Source of the DNA: Candidatus Krumholzibacteriia bacterium
Lineage (GTDB): Bacteria; Krumholzibacteriota; Krumholzibacteriia; WVZY01
DNA length: 17,550 bases
Assembly (NCBI GenBank): GCA_036478295.1
Contig: JAZGDW010000203.1
Span: forward strand, 1 to 17,550
Direction: 5' to 3'
Positions 8,019 to 15,121 of this stretch are shown piece after piece. The first letter of the stretch is position 1; each line of letters begins with the position of its first letter. The position numbers were made by a program, and so were the translations under genes. The notes beneath the pieces are model-generated. The model saw nothing but the letters and a program-made list of their open reading frames with translations, was not told where the DNA came from and searched no databases.

Positions 8019-11000
8019 GAAACGGTTTCCTTCTCGGGTTCGAGTGCTACTTCGACCTTTACGCGCGAGGGCACCACCATGTACGCGGCGGGAATCACGA
8101 CCAGGGTCAAGAGCGCTCCCAGGAAAAGCCCGGAGGCGACGGTGATCGCCAGCGGTGAGCGCAGTTCGGCACCTTCACCCCAACCTATGGCCATGGGCAG
8201 GAGCGCGAGAATCGTGGTCAGGGTCGTCATTAGAATGGGGCGCAGCCGCACGTGCCCGGCACGGACCACGGCTTCGAATTTCTCCACGCCGGCGCGCCGC
8301 AGGCGGTTTACCTGGTCGATGAGCACGATGGCATTGTTTACCACGATGCCGATGAGCATGATGGTGCCGATCAAGACGATGACGCTGATCGTCGTATGGG
8401 TTACGAGAAGCCCCGCCACCACGCCGACGAGGGCCAGCGGGATCGTGAAAAGAACGATAAACGGATGCGCGAACGACTCGAACGTCGCCGCCATCACGAG
8501 ATAAACCAGGAAAACCGCCAGTCCCAGCGCGAAACGAAGGCTGGCAAACGACATTTGCATCTCGCGGTTTTGTCCGCCGAGCTCGCTCGTGATACCGGCC
8601 GGCATGGGTGTAGCGGCGATGACCTGCTCGATGTCTCCGACGGCCGAGCCGAGGCTTCTCCCCTTGAGGTTGGCCGTAATCACGGCGGCGCGCTGTTGCT
8701 GCAGGCGGTGAATTTCGGCGGGGCTGCGGTCGAGCTTGACGTCGGCAACGGCCAGCAGGCGGATGGGCTGCCCATCGGGGCCCGGCAAGACGAGGTTACG
8801 CACGTCTCCGATCGATTTCCGGCTGATCTCACTGTTGCGAATTCGAATATCGATCTGGCGGTCCGCCTCCTTGAAGCGCGTGGGCACGACACCCTGTACG
8901 CGGTTCTTCAGCGTTTCCGACAACGTGCCCATGTCGAGGCCCATCGACGCCAGGCGCCGTCGGTCGAAGACAACCCGAAGCTCCGGGTTGCCCGCCTCGA
9001 GTGACGAGCTCACGTCAACCAGGCCCGGCACCGCGGACAGCTCCTGGGCAAGCTCCAACGAGTAGCTGCGCAGATCGTCGAGGTCGTCGCCGAAGAGGAT
9101 AACTTCGACCGGAGTTCTCAGGCTGAAATATGATGGCCGTCCGAACTTTACCTCGAGGTCGGGGATGGATTCGTAACTCCGGCGAAGCCGCGCGCCGGTT
9201 GCGATCTCACCCTCTTCGTCGCTGCGGTTTTTCATGACGATGTTTATCTGCCCGAGGTTTTCGCCTTTGGTATTGAGCGACATCCCGCCGGCCACCAGGC
9301 GGCTGCCCACCGTTGCGTAGAAACGATCGATTCCGTCCTGCGCCTTCGCTTCGTCTTCCATCATATGCACGATGCGGTCGGTCGCCACCAGTGACGTGCC
9401 CTCTGGCATGTTGACCTCGAAGTAGAACTCCCCTTCACTGAGCTGCGGGATGAGCTCCGTCCCCACCCAGCGAAGCGATCCCAGCGCCGCGAAGAAAAGC
9501 CCGAAGGCCACCGCGAGTGTCGCCCATCGACGGCGAATGGCCGTGCGAACGAACCCGTCGTAGAGGCGTGAGAACCTGCCGAGCGTCAGCGTTCCTCCCG
9601 CGCCGGCGCCGGCCGATGCCGTGCGGGAGCGACGCCGGCTGCCACCGAGACCGCTCAGCATCGGGATGACGGTCATGGCCACGACCAGCGAGGCGAGCAG
9701 GCTGATGGTGACGGTCCACGCCTGGTCCTTGAAAAGCTGCCCGGCCACGCCCTCGACAAAAACAATGGGCAGGAACACCGCCACCGTGGTCAGGGTCGAT
9801 GCGATGACAGCGGGGCCTACCTCGGTCGTGCCGGCGACCGACGCCTCCGCCAGGGGCATTCCCCCCTTGCGTTTTCGAAAGATGGATTCCAAAACCACGA
9901 TCGAGTTGTCGACCAGCATGCCGATACCCAGCGTGAGGCCGCCGAGCGACATGATGTTCAGCGAAATGTTCATGCGGTACATCAACAGGAACGTGGTGAC
10001 AATGGAGATAGGGATTGAGGTCGCAATAATAATGGTGCTGCGAACGTCACGCAGGAACGCGAACAGGACCATGATTGCGAGGATGCCGCCGATGATGGCC
10101 GCGTTACGCACTTCGTTGATCGATTGCTTGATGAAATGGGACTGGTCGAAGAGAATGGTCAGCGCGTGGTCTTTGGGGAGTTTGTCCTGCCACTCGTCTA
10201 TCGCTTCTCTTACCAGGCGCGCCACCGTGACGGAGTTCGCGTCGCCCTCTTTGAAGATCGCGATCTCCACACATTCCTCACCGTTGACGCGTGTGATTTC
10301 TTGCCGTTCCTTGGTGCCGTGCACGACCTCGGCCACATCGCCCAGGCGCACGACTCCCGAGCTGCCCTGTGCTAGGATCAAGTCGGCGATCTCGTCGACC
10401 GTGTCGAACTCGTTGACGGTCCGGATCAGGTACTGGCTGTGCTCCCCGCGAAGTGCCCCGCCCGGCAGGTTGATGTTGGACACCGCCACGATCTGCCGCA
10501 CCCGGTCCAGCGCTATCCCCAGCGCGGCCAGGCGCTCCTGGTCCACGTTGACCTGGATTTCTTCCTCGAACCCCCCCTTGATCTGCGCCGCCGCCACTCC
10601 CTTGATGGTTTCGAACTCCTGCTTGAGCTTGCGGTCGGCGAGGTGGCGCAAGTCTACCAGCTTGCCCGGCCCCGCCAGCGCGAGGCGCATGATGGGGTCG
10701 AGGGAGGGATCGAACCGCAGCACGATGGGATCCTCGGTCTCGTCTGGCAGGATCAGCCGGTCGAGCTTTTCGCGCACTTCCATGGATTGTGTGTCCATGT
10801 CCGTGCCCCAATCGAACTCCAGCGTCACTTCGGAGGCGCCGGGACGAGACACCGAGTGGATGGTCTGTAGTCCACGCAGCACGCCGACCGCCTCTTCGAC
10901 CGGGCGCGTTACGAGGTTTTCTACTTCCTGCGGTGCCGTGTCGGGAAAATCGGTTTGTACGGTGAGCGAGGGGTAGGCGATATCAGGAAAGAGCTCCAGC

Positions 11001-11101
11001 GACAAACGCTGGAAACCAACGTACCCGAACGCGGTCACGGCCGCCGCCGCCATCGTAACCGTTACGCGGCGGCGCACAGCGAGCGCGACCAACGAACGCA
11101 T
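8015..11101 (-). CDS. RND efflux permease subunit 1 (AcrB/AcrD/AcrF family, 1028 aa)
   Basis: LFPDIAYP, PQEVENLVTRPVEEAV, LNIMSLGGL, GMLVDNSIVVLE, GIVVNNAIVLID, RLRPILMT and PLAITV..GL. ATG 11101 overlaps the adaptor stop (TGATG). Confidence 0.96.
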   Translation of the reverse strand: MRSLVALAVRRRVTVTMAAAAVTAFGYVGFQRLSLELFPDIAYPSLTVQTDFPDTAPQEVENLVTRPVEEAVGVLRGLQTIHSVSRPGASEVTLEFDWGTDMDTQSMEVREKLDRLILPDETEDPIVLRFDPSLDPIMRLALAGPGKLVDLRHLADRKLKQEFETIKGVAAAQIKGGFEEEIQVNVDQERLAALGIALDRVRQIVAVSNINLPGGALRGEHSQYLIRTVNEFDTVDEIADLILAQGSSGVVRLGDVAEVVHGTKERQEITRVNGEECVEIAIFKEGDANSVTVARLVREAIDEWQDKLPKDHALTILFDQSHFIKQSINEVRNAAIIGGILAIMVLFAFLRDVRSTIIIATSIPISIVTTFLLMYRMNISLNIMSLGGLTLGIGMLVDNSIVVLESIFRKRKGGMPLAEASVAGTTEVGPAVIASTLTTVAVFLPIVFVEGVAGQLFKDQAWTVTISLLASLVVAMTVIPMLSGLGGSRRRSRTASAGAGAGGTLTLGRFSRLYDGFVRTAIRRRWATLAVAFGLFFAALGSLRWVGTELIPQLSEGEFYFEVNMPEGTSLVATDRIVHMMEDEAKAQDGIDRFYATVGSRLVAGGMSLNTKGENLGQINIVMKNRSDEEGEIATGARLRRSYESIPDLEVKFGRPSYFSLRTPVEVILFGDDLDDLRSYSLELAQELSAVPGLVDVSSSLEAGNPELRVVFDRRRLASMGLDMGTLSETLKNRVQGVVPTRFKEADRQIDIRIRNSEISRKSIGDVRNLVLPGPDGQPIRLLAVADVKLDRSPAEIHRLQQQRAAVITANLKGRSLGSAVGDIEQVIAATPMPAGITSELGGQNREMQMSFASLRFALGLAVFLVYLVMAATFESFAHPFIVLFTIPLALVGVVAGLLVTHTTISVIVLIGTIMLIGIVVNNAIVLIDQVNRLRRAGVEKFEAVVRAGHVRLRPILMTTLTTILALLPMAIGWGEGAELRSPLAITVASGLFLGALLTLVVIPAAYMVVPSRVKVEVALEPEKETVS

Positions 11102-12360
11102 CAAGAACCCGCCTGTTTTGTCCGTGCTGAATCCGTCGTTCGAGCGGGCGTGTCGCCACGTAGTATTTTTATAGCTGCGCCGTGCTTGAGAGAGCGCTGT
11201 CCCTTGACGATGACGCGCTCGCCCGCCACGACACCGTCGACGATCTCCGCGTGCTCGCTGTCCTCGAACCCCACTTCTACCACACGGCGTTCTGCGGTAC
11301 TGTCGGCGGCCACATAGACGATCTGGTCACCATGGTCGGTAAAGACGGCGATCTTGGGAACCAGCATCTTGCCCGTACGTCTCTCGGTTACGATGTTGAC
11401 TTCGGCAAAATCGCCGGGCCGCGTGTCCGGCGGATACTCGCGAATCTCCACGGTGATCTTAATGGTACCGGTGGTGGGGTTGATGACCGGACTGACCAGC
11501 TTGATGCGGCCTTCGAGGTGCTGCTCGTTGCTGTCGAGAATTATCTGAACTTTCTGATCGGGCTTGAGCTTCTTGAATTCTTTGGAAGGAACATGGACGA
11601 TGGCCAGCAGCGGATCGAAGTCGGAAACGACGAAGAGCGGCAGGCCGACCGTGATGTTCTGTCCCACGTCGACCCGACGACTCACGACACGTCCGCTGAA
11701 GGGGGCGGCCACCGTCGTGTACGACAGGTTGAGCCGCGCCAGCCCTTCGGCTGCCTCGGCCGCCTTGAGTTCGTTCCGAACCCCCTCGAAATCCTCGGCC
11801 GACACCAACTGCTGCTCCCACATTCCCTTCAGCCGGTCATGCCGATCCCGCAGGCTGGCCGTTCGCGCCTCCGCCTCGACAAGCCGTAGCCTGTACTCGG
11901 CGTCCGCGATCCGCATCAGGACCTGCCCTTCCTGTACCCAGTCACCTTCCTCGCAGTCCAGGGCCAGCGCGACGCCAGTCGCACGGGCCAGGATCTCCGC
12001 CTCCTTCTCGGCGGTGAGGGTCGCGGTGGCCGTGTAATAGCTGGCAATGTTCCCAATGCTAACTGCTTCCACAGCAACAGGTACGGGTGGCTGCGAAGGC
12101 CGCTGCCGCTGGCCGTCTTTGCCCCCCCCCTTGCGCGAGCCCTGCGCCGTACCGGCGACCTGGCCGCCTGTGGCCGCCTTGTCGCCGCGGCTGCACCCAG
12201 CCGCCAGGGTCAGGAGGAAGAGCGTCGTCACTCCCGCTACAGCCCAGAACCGTAATCTATTTATATTAAGAGAATTAGGAATGGTCCTTGCTGTCGTGAC
12301 CGACCGTGCCTGCCCGCGAACCGGCACCCGGTGGCGACGAGAATACGGTTTTCTCAGCAT
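11101..12360 (-). CDS. RND efflux periplasmic adaptor (membrane fusion protein), probable lipoprotein
   Basis: Lipobox LAAG-C after a hydrophobic stretch, lipoyl half-motifs (EEGDWVQEGQVL; APFSGRV..R.VDVGQ), an alpha-hairpin, SPVINPTTGT and LVPK.AV. The start is uncertain: ATG 12360 has AAGGA upstream, but the frame is open to ATG 12468. Confidence 0.92.
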   Translation of the reverse strand: MLRKPYSRRHRVPVRGQARSVTTARTIPNSLNINRLRFWAVAGVTTLFLLTLAAGCSRGDKAATGGQVAGTAQGSRKGGGKDGQRQRPSQPPVPVAVEAVSIGNIASYYTATATLTAEKEAEILARATGVALALDCEEGDWVQEGQVLMRIADAEYRLRLVEAEARTASLRDRHDRLKGMWEQQLVSAEDFEGVRNELKAAEAAEGLARLNLSYTTVAAPFSGRVVSRRVDVGQNITVGLPLFVVSDFDPLLAIVHVPSKEFKKLKPDQKVQIILDSNEQHLEGRIKLVSPVINPTTGTIKITVEIREYPPDTRPGDFAEVNIVTERRTGKMLVPKIAVFTDHGDQIVYVAADSTAERRVVEVGFEDSEHAEIVDGVVAGERVIVKGQRSLKHGAAIKILRGDTPARTTDSARTKQAGS

Positions 12361-12478
12361 ATCGGGTGTCCTTTTTTGCGGAAAAACACTGTAAGTGCAA
12401 GCGACAGAGAGAAATGCGCGTCCACCGACCCATATATAATAGACTCGGTCCGACCCGGCTACTCCCATTGGGTATTTT

Positions 12479-12503
12479 TACGAAATTCCTTGCCGTCGGT
12501 TCC
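12479..12503 (-). promoter_or_regulatory. Candidate ECF sigma factor promoter for the RND operon
   Basis: Minus strand GGAAC (12503-12499), N16, CGTA (12482-12479), then an A-rich stretch. This fits the AAC-N16-CGT pattern of ECF promoters. Confidence 0.4.
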
Positions 12504-12516
12504 CGGCCAAACGGTG

Positions 12517-12525
12517 TTATCCACC
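12517..12525 (+). promoter_or_regulatory. DnaA-box-like 9-mer
   Basis: TTATCCACC, an 8/9 match to TTATCCACA, found once in the divergent intergenic region. Confidence 0.25.
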
Positions 12526-12720
12526 GGGCATCGTCGCCCGACGTAGCCGCGCTCCGGGTCACATCGTTATAGTAGTGTTTGACTCCGCCTTCGCACGGGT
12601 GGTTGTACTCGTTCTCACTATTCTAGCACAAGAACGCGGTACCGGCGGCGGGACTTTAGGCAGGTGTGGCCGGGGATCGCCGGCAGGGGATATACTCCCC
12701 ATCGACCTGACTTCCATGAA

Positions 12721-13536
12721 ATGGATGACGCCGTGAACGAACCGTACCGCGACGGAGAGAGAGATGGCGCGCGCCGGCCGTGGCTCGTGGCGCACCGCGG
12801 TGCCATGCGTGAGGCGCCGGAGAACACGCGTGCCGCGTTCGACCGGGCGTTGTCGTATGAACCCGACGGCGTCGAGTTCGACGTGCAGCTCACGCGTGAC
12901 GGCGTCCCGGTGCTGTACCACGACCGAACACTGGCCCGGATCGAAGGTGGGCGGAAACGTATTTCCGATTACACCTACTCGATGTTGCGCAGGAAGGACT
13001 GGGGTGGCTGGTTCTCCAGGGCGTTCGCCGGCGAGCCGATCCTTAGCCTCGAGGAGGCCCTGCAGATCTACGGCGCGCGCACACGACTTCTCATCGAGAT
13101 AAAATCGCGCGAGCGCGACCGGCTGAGCGGAGCTTCGGACACGCTCACGCGTCGCGTGCTCGACTTGCTCGCAAGGCACATCCCGGCGGCGGCTCGCGGG
13201 GATGTATTCATCCTCTCTTTCGACGCGGAGGTGCTCGACCTCGCCCACCGGGAAGACGCCGGCTGGCGCTACGTGCTCAATGTAACGAATCCACGTGCGC
13301 GGTTGCGCAGGGCGCCGCACCAGTGGTGTTTTCTCTACGCACGCTGCATCGCCGTGCGCAAGCTCGGCCGGTCGTTCGTCGAGAAAACCCACGACGCCGG
13401 CCAGCGTGTGATGACTTACGCATGCAACATTCCCGCCCAGGTCAACAAGGCGCTCGCTTTGGGCGTGGACGTCATTATGAGCGACCGTCCCGGGTGGCTC
13501 GTACAACGTTTTCGGAGAGGTACCGATGATTCGTGA
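12721..13536 (+). CDS. Glycerophosphodiester phosphodiesterase (GDPD; GlpQ/UgpQ family)
   Basis: VAHRG, PENT..AF, VEFDVQLTRDG.PVLYHD, IEIK, ILSFD and GVDVIMSDRP. There is no signal peptide, so it is probably cytoplasmic. The start is ATG 12721 or GTG 12733. Confidence 0.93.
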   Translation: MDDAVNEPYRDGERDGARRPWLVAHRGAMREAPENTRAAFDRALSYEPDGVEFDVQLTRDGVPVLYHDRTLARIEGGRKRISDYTYSMLRRKDWGGWFSRAFAGEPILSLEEALQIYGARTRLLIEIKSRERDRLSGASDTLTRRVLDLLARHIPAAARGDVFILSFDAEVLDLAHREDAGWRYVLNVTNPRARLRRAPHQWCFLYARCIAVRKLGRSFVEKTHDAGQRVMTYACNIPAQVNKALALGVDVIMSDRPGWLVQRFRRGTDDS

Positions 13537-15121
13537 CAGTGAGAGGCTACGGGAAAAGTTTGATCTTCTCGTCATCGGCGGCGGCATCTACGGAGCGTGG
13601 ACCGCATACGACGCTGCTCTCCGCGGCCTGCGTGTCGCGATTATCGACAAAGGCGACTGGGGGTCGGGTACGTCGTCGGCATCGTCCAAGTTGATTCATG
13701 GGGGGCTTCGTTATCTCGAGCAGTTCCGGTTCGGTCTTGTGCGCCGGTCGCTCGCCGAGAGACGCCGGCTCTTCGAACTTGCGCCGCACCGCGTCCGCCC
13801 GCTCCGCTTCCTCATGCCCGTCTACCGTAACGGGCGCGTGGGACCCCTGCGTTTGAAACTCGGTCTTACACTCTACGACAAGCTGGCGGGCAACCGCCAA
13901 CCGGTAGGGCCCCATACCGCGATGAGCCGGGACGAGATCATAGAACGATTTCCGTTTCTCGAGCGGGAGGCCCTTAGGTCCGGTTTTACGTACGGCGACT
14001 GCCAGATGGACGACCATCGTTTTGTCCTGGAGATTATCGCCGGTGCTGTTTCGTCGGGCGCGGTCGCTGTCAACTACGCGGAAGCCGACGAGCTGTTGAC
14101 AAGCGCCGGCCGTGTCGCCGGCGCACGGGTCCGCGACTGCCAAACGAACGACACTTTTGAAGTCCGCGCGTCGCTGGTTGTCAATACGGCGGGCCCGTGG
14201 GCAGCCGCGCTGAGGGTGGATTCCACTCCCGCTCCGGAGATTCGCCTCATCAAAGGTGTTCACCTGGTGCTGCCGGCCCTCCCGACCCATCACGCGCTGC
14301 TCGTCATGACCCGTGGCGGCCGCGTGTTCTTTGTCCTGCCCTGGTACGGAAGAACTTTACTCGGGACAACCGACAGTGATTTTACGGGCGACCCAGACCA
14401 GGTGTCTGTTGAAGAATCCGATGTCACATATCTGCTCGACGAGGTAAATCGTGTGCTCGGCTCCACGTCGTGGAGTCCTTCCGACGTGCTTGGAGGATTC
14501 GCCGGCACCCGGGCGCTCCGCAAACGCCACGGCGGACCGGCGCATCTCGTGTCGCGCGAGTGGTCTCTGCAGCAACCGGCCCGCGGTTACCTGGTCTCTA
14601 TCGGCGGCAAGTTCACGTCGGCGCGCGCTGACGCCGCCTGCATCGTCGACCGCGTGGCGGGCGCGCTGAACAAGCCCGGCCGCTGCCGGACCGCCTCCGA
14701 GCCTTTTCCCTGGAGTCCGGGTAGCGCCGGTGTGCGCCAGTACGACGTCTGGAAACAAGTCGCGCTCAGTGAGGGCACCCGCGCCGGACTCGACCCGGAG
14801 ACTGCCGGGACGGCCGTCGAGCGTTTCGGCACCTCGATTACCAATCTCCTGTCGCGCATCGAAGCCGATGCCGCCCTGGCCGGGCGTCTGGTCCCGGAGG
14901 CTCCGTTTTGCAAGGCAGAGATCGTTCATGCGGCCGAGCACGAGATGGCGTTCCACCTGGACGATCTGCTTCGCCGCCGGTTGCCGCTCTTGATTCTCAC
15001 CCGGCTCGAACGCCGAACGCTCGAAGAAGCGGCCGCGCTCGCCGCTCCCGTTCTCCACTGGTCACCGGAGCGCTGCCGCCTCGAAGTCGATGCGGTGGCA
15101 AAGAAATGGAATCTTTCATGA
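13526..15121 (+). CDS. glpD: FAD-dependent glycerol-3-phosphate dehydrogenase/oxidase
   Basis: DLLVIGGGIYG, SGTSSASSKLIHGGLRYLE, DD.R, VNTAGPW, KGVHLV, LLGTTD, SRE, GGK and LDDLLRRR. SD GGAGAGG; 11-bp overlap with GDPD. Confidence 0.92.
   Translation: MIRDSERLREKFDLLVIGGGIYGAWTAYDAALRGLRVAIIDKGDWGSGTSSASSKLIHGGLRYLEQFRFGLVRRSLAERRRLFELAPHRVRPLRFLMPVYRNGRVGPLRLKLGLTLYDKLAGNRQPVGPHTAMSRDEIIERFPFLEREALRSGFTYGDCQMDDHRFVLEIIAGAVSSGAVAVNYAEADELLTSAGRVAGARVRDCQTNDTFEVRASLVVNTAGPWAAALRVDSTPAPEIRLIKGVHLVLPALPTHHALLVMTRGGRVFFVLPWYGRTLLGTTDSDFTGDPDQVSVEESDVTYLLDEVNRVLGSTSWSPSDVLGGFAGTRALRKRHGGPAHLVSREWSLQQPARGYLVSIGGKFTSARADAACIVDRVAGALNKPGRCRTASEPFPWSPGSAGVRQYDVWKQVALSEGTRAGLDPETAGTAVERFGTSITNLLSRIEADAALAGRLVPEAPFCKAEIVHAAEHEMAFHLDDLLRRRLPLLILTRLERRTLEEAAALAAPVLHWSPERCRLEVDAVAKKWNLS

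Noticed and set aside
9621..10976. Long antisense and alternate-frame ORFs (9621..10976, 12559..13587, 14926..15990, 5691..6515, 8252..9004 and others)
   Set aside because: These are shadow ORFs expected opposite or within real genes in GC-rich DNA, with no recognisable motifs.
12431..12441. Perfect TATAAT on the plus strand (12435-12440)
   Set aside because: There is no -35 or extended TG, and it is about 280 bp from GDPD, so no direction or target can be assigned.
12500..12565. Superficial resemblance to a c-di-GMP-I riboswitch (GGCCAAAC...GACG...CCGGGTC)
   Set aside because: It lacks the GNRA tetraloop and the GCAAAG core. An Infernal scan would settle it.
12557..12612. Additional ECF-like motifs (GGTCACA-N16-TGAC on plus; ACAAC-N18-GTCAAA on minus)
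   Set aside because: The matches are too degenerate to separate from chance.
14908..15117. N-terminal extension of the kinase ORF
   Set aside because: It lies inside glpD. ATG 15118 gives an ATGA overlap and puts IDLGST at the usual N-terminal position.
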